This document shows, piece by piece, positions 49,863-59,734 of a stretch of DNA of 64,000 bases (the stretch's first letter is position 1; every line of letters begins with the position of its first letter). Position numbers and translations under genes: made by a program. The DNA comes from a virus. Location: positions 23,795-87,794 of the IMG/VR virus record IMGVR_UViG_3300025122_000009, one strand, 5' to 3'. The notes beneath the pieces are model-generated. The model ran no database searches. It was not told the DNA's origin and worked only from the letters and a program-made list of their open reading frames with translations.

Positions 49863-50333
49863 ATGAATCTTAAGTTTATGAAAATTAGAGAAGATGCCAA
49901 ATTGCCCGTGCGGGCCCACCTCACTGACGCCGGTATGGACATTTTTTATTGCCCGGATCCGGAAGCCCCCGCGTTGGAGGAGAGAGGAGAATTTTGGATT
50001 CCTCCTCGCGAAACGTGCGTTTTAGCCACTGGGTTGAGAGGTGAAGTCCCTCCGGGCTATATGCTTGAAATCAAAAACAAATCGGGGATTGCTTCAAAGC
50101 GCCAACTTGTGGTGGGAGCTTGTGTGATTGACCCGGGTTATGATGGGGAGATATTTGTCAATCTTCACAATATTGGCAATCAAACACAGATTATTGAAGC
50201 AGGTGAAAAAATTGCTCAAGCCGTACTAGTCCCCGTGGTCCACTGTGGTGTGGAAGAAGTGTTTGCGGAGGGAGATTTGAACTCGGAGACTAAACGGGGC
50301 CCGGGGGGCTTTGGTTCTACAGGAAGGTTTTAA
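49863..50333 (+). CDS. dut: Trimeric dUTPase
   Basis: AGMDI, KSG, VIDPGYDGEI, KIAQ, RGPGGFGSTG. Confidence 0.95.
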   Translation: MNLKFMKIREDAKLPVRAHLTDAGMDIFYCPDPEAPALEERGEFWIPPRETCVLATGLRGEVPPGYMLEIKNKSGIASKRQLVVGACVIDPGYDGEIFVNLHNIGNQTQIIEAGEKIAQAVLVPVVHCGVEEVFAEGDLNSETKRGPGGFGSTGRF

Positions 50334-50611
50334 TGAGTATCAAAAGAAAAATAAAACGCCAAGCTGATAAAGAGGCCGACAAAGAATTCGAGGCAAAGGT
50401 TGCTTTATTCGGCCAATTAAAAGATAATTGCCTTGTATGTGATAAACCCTTTGATAAAAAAGACAAAGAAATGGTCATGTCATGGTATGTAACCGTGCGC
50501 AAAGAAGAGGATCTGGTTAATTTATATTGCCCTGAATGTTGGGAGCGGGGCATATCTTTGGTGCAAAAGTTTAAGGAGGAATTGAGTGAGCGAGCGAAAA
50601 AGCAAGACTAA
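50333..50611 (+). CDS. Small Zn-finger protein
   Basis: CLVC...YCPECW. Confidence 0.7.
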   Translation: MSIKRKIKRQADKEADKEFEAKVALFGQLKDNCLVCDKPFDKKDKEMVMSWYVTVRKEEDLVNLYCPECWERGISLVQKFKEELSERAKKQD

Positions 50612-50978
50612 GTTTAAAGAATTTTGTGAGAATAATAAGTTGCGTTACAAATTAAATGAAGTGGGAGAGCCTATCAGCCCTTCCCGCATTCGCAAGTTTG
50701 GCGATGACCATTTGTGGTGGACGGGCCTCGATGACGGCAGAATTGGAGTCTCGGTGAGGCGCCCTACAGAGACCACTTATAACAAGGTCAAGAAGAAACT
50801 TATTTCTATGGGATGTGCGTTGTCGCAAGATGGAGACACAGAGGGGAATTTTTTTGTAGCAGAAAAGGATGCTGTTAAGGTGGCTAAATTTCTTCACACC
50901 AATAAGCGCAAAGGCTCTTCTAAGCGCAGCCAACAAATGAAAGAATTTTGGGCCAAGCGCAAACAAGAGGTGGCTTGA
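50586..50978 (+). CDS. Hypothetical basic protein
   Basis: 130 aa; GGAGG RBS with GTG start. Confidence 0.65.
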   Translation: MSERKSKTKFKEFCENNKLRYKLNEVGEPISPSRIRKFGDDHLWWTGLDDGRIGVSVRRPTETTYNKVKKKLISMGCALSQDGDTEGNFFVAEKDAVKVAKFLHTNKRKGSSKRSQQMKEFWAKRKQEVA

Positions 50979-51994
50979 TGAAAGAAGCTTTAAGTTTTGA
51001 TGATGTGTTGTTGGTTCCCAAATGTTCCCATATTGAAAGCAGACGTCATATCGATATCGGCAACCATTTGGATGACAATATTGCTCTAAGTCTGCCGGTT
51101 ATTTCAAGCCCCATGGACACGGTGACACAATCAAAGATGGCAATCGCTATGCGCAAATCCGGTGGCCTAGGCATCATCCATAGATATAATTCTATTGAAA
51201 CACAGGTTAACCTTGTTTTGTCTGCTCAGTGGGACGGAGTGCCCACCGCTGGCGCTGCTATTGGCGCCACGGGAGATTTTGAAGAACGTGCATGCGCCCT
51301 TTACGACGCCGGCGCCCGCGTTATTTGTATTGACGTTGCTCACGGGCATCACGTTTCGGTAAAAAAAGCTCTAGAGACTTTGAGAGATGTCCTGGGAGAT
51401 GCTGTCCACATTATGGCGGGGAATGTTGCAACACTAGAAGGCTTTAATGATTTAGCAGATTGGGGAGCCGATAGCATTCGAGTGGGGATAGGAGGTGGAT
51501 CTATTTGTTCCACTCGTATCCAAACTGGGCATGGGGTACCCACTTTTCAGTCTATTTTAGATTGCGCCCACTCGGATCGAGATGCTAAACTGATTGCTGA
51601 TGGGGGAATAAAAAACAACGGTGATATTGTTAAAGCCCTCGCAGCGGGAGCAGATTTTGTGATGTTGGGCTCCATGTTGGCTGGCACCAGCGAATCACCA
51701 GGGGAAATATTTCATAGTAAGAGCAAAAAATATAAGGTATATCGCGGGATGGCCAGCAAGGCGGCTCAAGACGATTGGCGTGGCAAATCATCTGCGCCCG
51801 AAGGGGTTTCAACCACCATTCCTTTTAAAGGTGACGTTAAGAATATTCTTGTAGCTATGAAGGGGAATATCCAGAGCGGCTTTTCCTATACCGGCGCGAA
51901 GTGCATCGAGGAACTGTGGATGAAGGCTGATTTTATTCGCCAGACGGGAGCCGGTCAGGTGGAAAGTTCTACACATATCATGCGGGGCCAATAA
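50978..51994 (+). CDS. guaB: IMP dehydrogenase/GMP reductase family (no CBS domains)
   Basis: [31 protein letters not shown], catalytic [22 protein letters not shown]. Confidence 0.85.
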   Translation: MKEALSFDDVLLVPKCSHIESRRHIDIGNHLDDNIALSLPVISSPMDTVTQSKMAIAMRKSGGLGIIHRYNSIETQVNLVLSAQWDGVPTAGAAIGATGDFEERACALYDAGARVICIDVAHGHHVSVKKALETLRDVLGDAVHIMAGNVATLEGFNDLADWGADSIRVGIGGGSICSTRIQTGHGVPTFQSILDCAHSDRDAKLIADGGIKNNGDIVKALAAGADFVMLGSMLAGTSESPGEIFHSKSKKYKVYRGMASKAAQDDWRGKSSAPEGVSTTIPFKGDVKNILVAMKGNIQSGFSYTGAKCIEELWMKADFIRQTGAGQVESSTHIMRGQ

Positions 51995-52323
51995 TGGTGA
52001 AGTACGGAAAGGGGGGAAAGAAAATTGTTTTTTATGATTCCGACAAGAGGCATGCGGATTTAAAAATTCGCCTCCACTATGATGGGCTTACTCAATCTGC
52101 GTTTTTTCGCGGGATGGTATCGGGCTATTTAAATCAAGACGAAGATCTCATGTTTTACATAAACAAGTTGAAAGATAATAACGAAAATCAGAGCGCGTCA
52201 AAGAAGCACAAAATGAAGAAAATGGCCGAAGGTCGTCAAGAAACAATAGATAAATTTGCTTTGAAGGGGGACGAGATTGAAAGCATATTTGATATACTAG
52301 AGGAGGAACATCCAGACTTATGA
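51994..52323 (+). CDS. Hypothetical protein, possible RHH-like DNA binder
   Basis: KIVFYDSDKRHADLKIRLHYDGLTQSAFFRGMV, a strand-helix-helix pattern. Confidence 0.55.
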   Translation: MVKYGKGGKKIVFYDSDKRHADLKIRLHYDGLTQSAFFRGMVSGYLNQDEDLMFYINKLKDNNENQSASKKHKMKKMAEGRQETIDKFALKGDEIESIFDILEEEHPDL

Positions 52324-52556
52324 AAAAATGTGCCGAGGAATGTAAGTTAAAACAGAAATGTTGTGCGCAGGAGGAGTGCCGTTATTGGATAAAGTACAAG
52401 GATGATTTTAATTGTTCGTTGTTGGCGATTCACAAAAATGGTAACATGACGTTGAGAGAAGTGGCGGATAGATTACATATTAGTTTTGTGAGGGTTAAAC
52501 AAATTGAAGATAAGGCCCTCAAAAAATTGACCAAAATAAAATCTATTGATTTTTAA
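52320..52556 (+). CDS. Stand-alone sigma70 region-4 HTH with Cys-rich N-terminus
   Basis: GNMTLREVADRLHISFVRVKQIEDKALKKL compared with sigma region 4 TLEEVG..F.VTRERIRQIEAKALRKL; six Cys in the N-half. Confidence 0.75.
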   Translation: MKKCAEECKLKQKCCAQEECRYWIKYKDDFNCSLLAIHKNGNMTLREVADRLHISFVRVKQIEDKALKKLTKIKSIDF

Positions 52557-52627
52557 TAGTACTTTTTATGCTTTGTTTAACTATTTAAAGTAAGTGAAAA
52601 AACTTTCTTTTTCAAAGGAGATAAACG

Positions 52628-53191
52628 ATGAGCAACGGTAAAAAGAAAACCCTACTTCAGGAAAACACTATTCGACGCTTTATGAAGCTTGCAAACATGG
52701 AGGCCCTCCAAGAAAATTATTTTGATCATTATGGGCTGGAAGAGCAAGAAGAAGAAGAGATGGAAATGGAAGACGAAGTGGAAATGGGTGATGAAGGCGA
52801 CGAAATGGAATTTGGCGCCGAAGAAGAAGTAGAAATGGGTGATGAAGAACTTGGCGATGAAGGAGGTGATGTAGACGAAGCCGCCATTAGAGATCTAGTT
52901 GATACAATTGCTACCGCGATTGAAGACAAGTACGATATTCCCATGTCCGTAGAGGGCGGTGAAGAAGAAGTAGAAATGGGCGCAGAAGAAGAAGAGGTTG
53001 GCTTAGGCGGCGAAGAAGAAGTAGAAATGGGCGGTGAAGAAGAAGAAGTAGAAATGGGCGGTGAAGAAGAACTCATGGAACTTTTAGATGATGCCGGTAT
53101 TGAGATAGTCGATAATGAGCCTATTGTACAAGAGGTATTGAAGCGCGTAGCCAAACGACTAATCCGCGAAAAGATGAATGTCTCTAAATAA
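52628..53191 (+). CDS. Highly acidic low-complexity protein, probable internal head/scaffold-like
   Basis: LLQENTIRRFMKLA N-terminus; repeated EEEVEMG; ACTATTTAAA motif upstream at 52580. Confidence 0.7.
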   Translation: MSNGKKKTLLQENTIRRFMKLANMEALQENYFDHYGLEEQEEEEMEMEDEVEMGDEGDEMEFGAEEEVEMGDEELGDEGGDVDEAAIRDLVDTIATAIEDKYDIPMSVEGGEEEVEMGAEEEEVGLGGEEEVEMGGEEEEVEMGGEEELMELLDDAGIEIVDNEPIVQEVLKRVAKRLIREKMNVSK

Positions 53192-53299
53192 TATGTTGCT
53201 CGCATTTGTTTTTATTTCCCTCCTGCCTTAGAAAACAATTCACATTTTACATTAAATATGCTATCCTATGGATAGCTTTATTTCATAGAGGAGAAAATT

Positions 53300-53689
53300 A
53301 TGGAAGCTTTGTTTACCCCTGAAGCATTATGGTTTTTTGTGGGAGTTATATCTCATAAAGTTATGAGCATGTTATTGGGATATGGTAGAGTTGCCCTGTT
53401 TGCACAAGACGTCGTAAGGTGCTCATTGCGACTGCTAGTATCCTTGGCCGAAGATGTTGCCCACCTACGAGAGTTAAAATATCTTCAAATGAAAAAGGGG
53501 GGCGCAACGACTGATGCCGTCCAACTCGCAAAAGAAATGGATGAAAGAACTTTTGACAATTGGAAGACATCCATTATTTATAAATTCCACAGCGCTTGGC
53601 CACGGCAGATGGGTGGAGTGGTCAAATTTCAAACATGGGCTGACGCACTTGAAGTACTTACAAAAGAAATGAAAAAAAGGAAATTTTGA
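53300..53689 (+). CDS. Hypothetical protein with N-terminal hydrophobic segment
   Basis: 129 aa; GAGGAG RBS. Confidence 0.7.
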   Translation: MEALFTPEALWFFVGVISHKVMSMLLGYGRVALFAQDVVRCSLRLLVSLAEDVAHLRELKYLQMKKGGATTDAVQLAKEMDERTFDNWKTSIIYKFHSAWPRQMGGVVKFQTWADALEVLTKEMKKRKF

Positions 53690-53719
53690 GAGTAATTACT
53701 AGGAGGGAAAAAGAAAGCC

Positions 53720-54022
53720 ATGTTAGAAATAGAAGAGATGAAAAGTTCGTTGAGAAAGATTGTTTTAGAGCGTGATGAAGAATATTATGAGGAGGGAAAC
53801 GTGGTTCATGCGAAAAATGCGTTTTTAATTAATTCCGTTCTAGCATGGTATTTTGACCAAGAGGCGGCTTTCAACATCAGCCACATTAGTTCTGTCCTAG
53901 ATTTATTAGACAAACACATTAACAAAGAAGTAGTGCTTTCCTGGGAAGAAGGGAGCCTCCAGATCTTAAGTCCAAAAACATCAATTAAAAAAGAGGAATC
54001 ATGGAAAGCCAAGAAAAAATAG
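53720..54022 (+). CDS. Hypothetical protein
   Basis: 100 aa; AGGAGG upstream. Confidence 0.65.
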   Translation: MLEIEEMKSSLRKIVLERDEEYYEEGNVVHAKNAFLINSVLAWYFDQEAAFNISHISSVLDLLDKHINKEVVLSWEEGSLQILSPKTSIKKEESWKAKKK

Positions 54023-54630
54023 AAAACGAAACAGTCGAACGTTCCCGTGAGGAGGGGCCACAAGCAGAATTATCTTTGTTGCTGAGTGCAGAACAAGCAG
54101 AAGATGATTTAAAACTCATAAGCCTCTATGGAGATGTGGATGAAGAAAAATGTTTAGAAGTAATTCAAGCGATGCGAATTTTAGCCGCCATGAAAGAGGA
54201 GGAGGAAGAAGAGAAACCAGAGTTCGAATTTTTAATTTCTACGATGGGGGGCTCGGCTTCTGATATGTTTGCTATTTATGATACGATGCGCATGGTAAAA
54301 AAGGACCGCCATATCACCACTCGTGGTCTAGGTAAAGTAATGTCAGCCGGCGTTTTATTGTTGGCGGCTGGCACCAAAGGGAGGCGCTTGATTGGAGAGA
54401 ATTGTCGCCTCATGCTTCACTCTGTCGTCTCTGGCCACATGGGGGAGCTTTATAATCTAGAGAATGAATTGGAGGAAGTTCAATGGACACAGAGTCAATA
54501 TATCAAGGCCCTGGCCGATGAAACTAACATGACACAAAAATATATTAAAAATTTATTAAATCGCAAAGTGAACGTATATTTGACAGCACAAGAGGCTGTA
54601 GAGTATGGAATCGCAGATGAGGTATTTTAA
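54001..54630 (+). CDS. clpP: ClpP-family serine protease
   Basis: STMGGS...AIYDTM, GKVMSAG (Ser), LMLHS (His), YLTAQEAVEYGIADEV. Confidence 0.85.
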   Translation: MESQEKIENETVERSREEGPQAELSLLLSAEQAEDDLKLISLYGDVDEEKCLEVIQAMRILAAMKEEEEEEKPEFEFLISTMGGSASDMFAIYDTMRMVKKDRHITTRGLGKVMSAGVLLLAAGTKGRRLIGENCRLMLHSVVSGHMGELYNLENELEEVQWTQSQYIKALADETNMTQKYIKNLLNRKVNVYLTAQEAVEYGIADEVF

Positions 54631-55526
54631 TGGATATAGAGGGCAAAATATTTTACAATCAAGGGAGCGCCGCCAAACTCGGTTGGAACCCTTCGTGGTT
54701 CGGTGTGGAAGATTTTGATGAAGAACTAATCGATCAAATTCAAGAATTCCAAACAGAGCACGATCTCGCTTCAGATGGGTTATGTGGTCCTCGAACTTAT
54801 CGGCGTCTTCGCACCGATAGGGAGGCCGCCTTTGAGATGAGCCGCCCTTCTGGGATTATTGCGAACGGGAAGGAGGTCCCTATTGAATGGCCCAAGACAG
54901 TTAATTTAACGGGTGATGACAACTTGGCTCTCCCCGACAACTGTTATCGTAACATAAAGAGAGAAAGAAATCCTACGATGGTTGTTACACACTGGGATGC
55001 CGCTTTATCTGCCAAGTCTTGCTACACTATCTTGAAAAAAAGGGGCATATCTAGTCATTTTGTTATTGATAATGACGGCACAATTTATCAGATGGTAGAC
55101 ACCCAGCACATTGCATGGCACGCAGGTAACAGAAAAGTTAATAACGTTTCTGTGGGAATCGACTTTAGTAACGCTTATTACCTCAAATATCAAGGGTATT
55201 ACCGTAAAAAGGGATTTGGCAATCGTCCTATTTTAAGCGATTCGAGAGTCCATGGCCATAAATTGAAACCTCACTTGGGTTATTACCCTGTGCAAATTGA
55301 AGCATACAAAGCGCTTTTGAAGTGCCTTGATGCTCATTACGGAATAGAGTTAAAATGCCCTCTAGAGGTGGGAGGTCAAATGCTGTGTGGCGTATCGGAG
55401 GAAGCTGCTGACGGAAAATTTAAAGGGGTGGTGAGCCATTACCATTTGACCACACGTAAAATTGATTGTGCTGGTTTGGAGATAGATGAAATTATACAAG
55501 AAATCAAAGAAGAAAAAAATGCGTAA
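54630..55526 (+). CDS. N-acetylmuramoyl-L-alanine amidase (Amidase_2) with peptidoglycan-binding domain; probable endolysin
   Basis: FQTEHDLASDGLCGPRT (PG-binding 1), VVTHW, SSHFVIDNDG, AWHAG..VN..SVGID, SHY...KIDC. Confidence 0.88.
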   Translation: MDIEGKIFYNQGSAAKLGWNPSWFGVEDFDEELIDQIQEFQTEHDLASDGLCGPRTYRRLRTDREAAFEMSRPSGIIANGKEVPIEWPKTVNLTGDDNLALPDNCYRNIKRERNPTMVVTHWDAALSAKSCYTILKKRGISSHFVIDNDGTIYQMVDTQHIAWHAGNRKVNNVSVGIDFSNAYYLKYQGYYRKKGFGNRPILSDSRVHGHKLKPHLGYYPVQIEAYKALLKCLDAHYGIELKCPLEVGGQMLCGVSEEAADGKFKGVVSHYHLTTRKIDCAGLEIDEIIQEIKEEKNA

Positions 55527-55839
55527 TATTTTTTTTGGGATTATTTTGATTGGTCTGCTGCCTCCGTCATTGATGGTGGCTAAAGAACCACCACCCATTT
55601 TTATGAAAAAGTGTAAGACATGTCATGGTACAAAGGGGGTGGCAACTAAGGTAGGGCTAAAGCGCGGGGCGCCCCCAGATCTTTTTAAGGCGGTCCACTC
55701 TCAAAGCATTGAAGAGATTAAAGATATTATTCTGAATGGGGTGTTTATGAGAGAGGGAAAAAAGAAAATGCCGGCATATAAAAATAAGTTGACTGTACAA
55801 GAAGTCGATGAAATTATTAAATATATCAAAGAGGGTTAA
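55519..55839 (+). CDS. Exported monoheme class I c-type cytochrome (c6/c553-like)
   Basis: Signal peptide MRNIFFGIILIGLLPPSLMVA; heme motif CKTCHG; APPDL; distal Met in KMPAY; LTVQEVDEIIKYI. Confidence 0.85.
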   Translation: MRNIFFGIILIGLLPPSLMVAKEPPPIFMKKCKTCHGTKGVATKVGLKRGAPPDLFKAVHSQSIEEIKDIILNGVFMREGKKKMPAYKNKLTVQEVDEIIKYIKEG

Positions 55840-55842
55840 ATT

Positions 55843-57171
55843 ATGAGCGTAAATTGGGATCTCTTAATAGAAAATCATTTTAAAGAAAAGGACAAAATAA
55901 ACTTTTGCGAGTTAATTGAGATAGTGTCAGAACAAATGGAGGCATCTCCTATTCTCAAAGAAGGTAAAAAAGGAAAAATGGCTTCTATAAAGTCCGAGCA
56001 GTTTCTTCTTTCACTCCCCAAGTTCACACCTTCTGAGGCATGGGGAAGGCCGAATTCTGAAGCCCGTACCGAAATAGAACGATTCTTTAAGAGAGTGGGG
56101 GGGAGAGGCTTAAAAGGGAAACTGGACTGGATAGCTCGAATTCAGCAACCGCCGGGGAAGAATCCTCCGCACGTCCAGCGGGTTATTACTACCCTCGTCA
56201 TCCTCGAAAGTTTGGCCTCCTGTGTTAATGATTTTTCAGAGCCCAGTGCAGGTTTTGTGTTTGAAGGGTTCTTAGCGGCCCTGTTGGGAGGTCGCCAAGT
56301 TGCTGATCCTGTAGGAGGAAATCTCCCCATTGAAGATATCATCGCGTTTGAATTAGAGGAAGGCGCCGGAGGCGGAGTACCCATGAGCTTAAAGCTGTTG
56401 CGAGGAGGTAAGAAAGGCAAAGGGGGTGCTGAAACGGGCGGCGGAGCAATCAAAGGAAGTTATACTAATTTGATTGACGCGATGAATAAATACCCCAGGA
56501 TGGTTTATGTTATTGCATATAAAAAAGGCGGCGGTGGTAAAACGGGTGCTCTAACAATTGGAGAGTTTGAAATAACACGAGAAAATATTGTAGAAATTGT
56601 TAATCATCGAAATTCAGATCTTTTAAAGGTGGAGACTGGCACCGACTATGAACTAACCCCCGATCTTCTGATCGGCATGGCGCGGGAAGGTCGGTGGGAA
56701 GAACTATACCCCATTCTCCAACGAACAGCCGGATATAGTCGTACACCCCAGGAAGCAGAGCTTGAGCCCGAAGAGGATCCGGAGATGATGCAAGAAGGTC
56801 TCTATCCCCTTGTTCATATTCCAGGGCCCTCTCTACTCACAGAGGGCAAAACGGACATTCAATGGCATTTAACCCAAGCTGACCTTACCAAAGGGGAGTG
56901 GGGCGCCTGGAAAGAATTGGCCGTGTTAGATATAGATCCGGAAAATCTGAAAGGAGTCGTGGAACAATATTCTGATGTTTTGAAAGATGAGATAATGACT
57001 TTGTTTGAGACAGTTAAGGACCTATCGGAAAATATAAATTCATATTATATTTATGAAAATCGAAAAGCCGGCATCCAGCGAGGTCAAGAAGCCGTTGGAA
57101 ATGCCGAGGATATTAAAACACAGACGAGCAAACAAGTGGCAGCAGAAGCATCAGATACAAATAGCCCTTGA
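55843..57171 (+). CDS. Hypothetical protein, possible virion-associated PD-(D/E)xK-fold protein
   Basis: 442 aa; SAGFVFEGFLAALLGG...IEDI...MSLKLL. Confidence 0.6.
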   Translation: MSVNWDLLIENHFKEKDKINFCELIEIVSEQMEASPILKEGKKGKMASIKSEQFLLSLPKFTPSEAWGRPNSEARTEIERFFKRVGGRGLKGKLDWIARIQQPPGKNPPHVQRVITTLVILESLASCVNDFSEPSAGFVFEGFLAALLGGRQVADPVGGNLPIEDIIAFELEEGAGGGVPMSLKLLRGGKKGKGGAETGGGAIKGSYTNLIDAMNKYPRMVYVIAYKKGGGGKTGALTIGEFEITRENIVEIVNHRNSDLLKVETGTDYELTPDLLIGMAREGRWEELYPILQRTAGYSRTPQEAELEPEEDPEMMQEGLYPLVHIPGPSLLTEGKTDIQWHLTQADLTKGEWGAWKELAVLDIDPENLKGVVEQYSDVLKDEIMTLFETVKDLSENINSYYIYENRKAGIQRGQEAVGNAEDIKTQTSKQVAAEASDTNSP

Positions 57172-57196
57172 CAAATACTGCAAAATAGATTATATT
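57168..57196 (+). promoter_or_regulatory. Sigma70-like promoter for groEL
   Basis: TTGACA-N17-TATATT. Confidence 0.65.
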
Positions 57197-57221
57197 ATCC
57201 ATACAACACTATGAGGTTTTA

Positions 57222-58793
57222 ATGCCAAGGCAATATGATTCTAATCACTCTCTACAACAAAAGATTCTTGAAGGAATAGACATCCTCGCAGATAACGTCG
57301 CCTCTACCATGGGTCCGCGAGGTAGAAACGTTATCCTCCACCAAAAAGGCACGAACCCTTTTATTACCAAAGACGGGGTGACAGTAGCTAAATTCGTTGA
57401 GTTGGAAGACCCAGTACAAAATGCGGGTGTACAGATTCTACGCCAAGCTGCCGAACGCACTAATAGTTCAGCTGGGGATGGCACCACTACAGCTACCGTG
57501 TTGGCCCGGGCCATCCTCAAACACGCACAGAAGTATATTATTGCAGGGAGTTCCCCCATCGAGCTTAAGCGAGGAATCGATAAGGCAGTACAGGATGTAC
57601 TGGTGTACCTCAAAACCAATTCACAGCCCATCACTTCGGAACAAGACATCTCGCATATCGCCACCATCTCTGCTAACAACGACCCCACTATCGGAGAAAT
57701 GGTGGGAACGGCTGTAGACCGCGTAGGCAAAGACGGCTCTATTACTATTGAGGAAGCGCGCTCGGTGGAAACTAGCCTAAGCGTGGTAGAGGGCTTTAGA
57801 TTTGATGCTGGGTATTTGTCGCCACAGTTTGTGACCGATGAGAGGCGCAATTTGGTGAAATATGAGGACTTACTTATTTTAGTCACCGATTCTAAAATAG
57901 AAATGGTTGATGATATTTTGCCCGTTCTCGAAGTGGTTGCGCGGGAAGGACGCCCTTTTTTAATTGTGGCCGAGGATATTGAAGGACAAGCATTGGCGGC
58001 CTTGATCATGAATGCCATGCGGGGCACAATGAGGATAGCTGCCGTTAAGGCCCCACGCTATGGGGAAGAGCGGCGCAATATCCTTAAAGATCTGGCGATC
58101 TCAGTTGGTGCGACTTTTGTCTCTAGAGAGTCGGGGACACGCTTGGCTGATGTTAAATTAAGCGATTTGGGCGTGGCTAAAAATGTAGAAGTTTCTAAAG
58201 GCATGACCACTATTGTGGATGGTGCCGGTGATTACGAGGAGGTAGAAAAACGCATAGAGGATCTAAAGCAGGAGATAGGACAAACCGAATCACTTCACGA
58301 TTGTGAGCGACTTCAAGAGCGTATTGTGCGCCTAGCTAGCGGGATTGCTATTATTTATGTCGGCGCGCCTACCGAGGTTGAGATGATAGAGAAGAAACAT
58401 CGCCTAGAAGATGCTCTGGAGGCGGTGCGGTCAGCCCAAGAAGAGGGTGTTATTGCCGGTGGTGGAACCGCCCTCGTACAGGCGAGTACTACTCTAGACT
58501 CCACCAACGCCGAAAACGCCGATCAACGCTTCGGGTACGAAATTATTAAAGAGGCCATTAAAGAGCCCTTTCGCCAGATGGCCATAAATTCGGGGATCTC
58601 TGCGGATATAATGTTGGATGAAATAGAAAACAGCGAAACGGGCGTAGGTTATAATTTTGTGTCTAAGGAGATAACAGACATGTATTGCGACGGGATTATT
58701 GATCCGGCGAAGGTGACGCGAGTGGCGCTCCAAAATGCTGCTTCGGTGGCCGCTGCGTTAATTTTAGCTAATTTTGCCATCGTAGAAACTTAA
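57222..58793 (+). CDS. groEL: Chaperonin GroEL
   Basis: TMGPRGRNV, ITKDGVTVAK, AGDGTTTATVLA, GYLSPQF, AVKAPRYG, AGGGTAL, GIIDPAKV; lacks the GGM tail. Confidence 0.96.
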   Translation: MPRQYDSNHSLQQKILEGIDILADNVASTMGPRGRNVILHQKGTNPFITKDGVTVAKFVELEDPVQNAGVQILRQAAERTNSSAGDGTTTATVLARAILKHAQKYIIAGSSPIELKRGIDKAVQDVLVYLKTNSQPITSEQDISHIATISANNDPTIGEMVGTAVDRVGKDGSITIEEARSVETSLSVVEGFRFDAGYLSPQFVTDERRNLVKYEDLLILVTDSKIEMVDDILPVLEVVAREGRPFLIVAEDIEGQALAALIMNAMRGTMRIAAVKAPRYGEERRNILKDLAISVGATFVSRESGTRLADVKLSDLGVAKNVEVSKGMTTIVDGAGDYEEVEKRIEDLKQEIGQTESLHDCERLQERIVRLASGIAIIYVGAPTEVEMIEKKHRLEDALEAVRSAQEEGVIAGGGTALVQASTTLDSTNAENADQRFGYEIIKEAIKEPFRQMAINSGISADIMLDEIENSETGVGYNFVSKEITDMYCDGIIDPAKVTRVALQNAASVAAALILANFAIVET

Positions 58794-58806
58794 TCGCCAG
58801 CGCCCC

Positions 58807-58816
58807 ACTATTTATA
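58807..58816 (+). promoter_or_regulatory. Putative late promoter motif ACTATTTATA
   Basis: Recurring motif upstream of the holin-like gene. Confidence 0.6.
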
Positions 58817-58838
58817 GAAAGCCTAAGAGGAATCTTTA

Positions 58839-59192
58839 ATGCCTACACACGATACTGATTTAGCAGTTGTGATCGCTGAACTGAATAATAAAATCGGCAC
58901 TTTGATTGAAAAACAAGAAGAAGTGGCTGAAAATATTTCTAAAATTAAAGAAGCCATTTATGACCCCCAGCAAGGTTTGTTCTCCAGAATACGAGAGGTG
59001 GAGATGTGGAGAACAAACTTTACTGAAAATATCCAGGAAAAAATCTCTTATCATACCATTAAAGACGGGGAACTGCGGATGACACAAATAGAAGAAATGA
59101 TCAAGGCTATTAAAAAAATTCAATGGCTTGTCATCGGCACCGCAGTCACCACAATCACCACTTTAATAATAAAACATTTTGTGTTAACATAA
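58839..59192 (+). CDS. Coiled-coil protein with C-terminal TM helix (XhlA/holin-like)
   Basis: Coiled coil then WLVIGTAVTTITTLII. Confidence 0.5.
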   Translation: MPTHDTDLAVVIAELNNKIGTLIEKQEEVAENISKIKEAIYDPQQGLFSRIREVEMWRTNFTENIQEKISYHTIKDGELRMTQIEEMIKAIKKIQWLVIGTAVTTITTLIIKHFVLT

Positions 59193-59201
59193 AAATATCT
59201 C

Positions 59202-59230
59202 TTGACAAATCTATATAAAACAGATAATAT
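59202..59230 (+). promoter_or_regulatory. Sigma70-like promoter
   Basis: TTGACA-N17-TAATAT. Confidence 0.6.
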
Positions 59231-59236
59231 AAGAAT

Positions 59237-59527
59237 ATGAGAGTAAAGATTAGTTATACAGTTGACCTAGAAGAAGTGCCCGAGAAGGTCCACACCCTTG
59301 TTGATCAGGCGGTGGAGGCTGCCATTTCGCGCTTAGAAGAAACCAATCACACATTTAAGGCCCACCTCCTGGAGAAAGGGAACCTACAGAGTTCAATTGA
59401 TACTTTAAATTCTTTGCGGGAATTCCTTTTTAAGGCTGACCAGCAATTATCTGATTGTGCGAACCTTCTTAGTAACTTACAACAAGCCTACATTACGATT
59501 AACCAAGATGAGGCTTCGGATGAATAA
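59237..59527 (+). CDS. Hypothetical protein
   Basis: 96-aa ORF (MRVKISYTVDLEEVPE...). Confidence 0.7.
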   Translation: MRVKISYTVDLEEVPEKVHTLVDQAVEAAISRLEETNHTFKAHLLEKGNLQSSIDTLNSLREFLFKADQQLSDCANLLSNLQQAYITINQDEASDE

Positions 59528-59732
59528 CGGTGATCTTGTTTGGCTCCCGGCATCGACTTCCCTCCTTCAGTTTGATGACGATGGGGCTGTTTGTCGGCAC
59601 AAGAATACGAAACGCCCTCTAAACGTGCTGGTGGTGGCTCGGCATGATTATGCATATTGGAAAATATTATATGAGGGTGAACAATGGTGTGTGCCGGATA
59701 ATTTATTATTTCCTGCGCTTAAAGAGGAGTAA
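59520..59732 (+). CDS. Hypothetical small beta protein (SH3-like)
   Basis: MNNGDLVWLP...; GAGG RBS before ATG 59520. Confidence 0.6.
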   Translation: MNNGDLVWLPASTSLLQFDDDGAVCRHKNTKRPLNVLVVARHDYAYWKILYEGEQWCVPDNLLFPALKEE

Positions 59733-59734
59733 AA

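Noticed and set aside
57245-58027. 260-aa minus-strand ORF
   Set aside because: Antisense shadow of groEL
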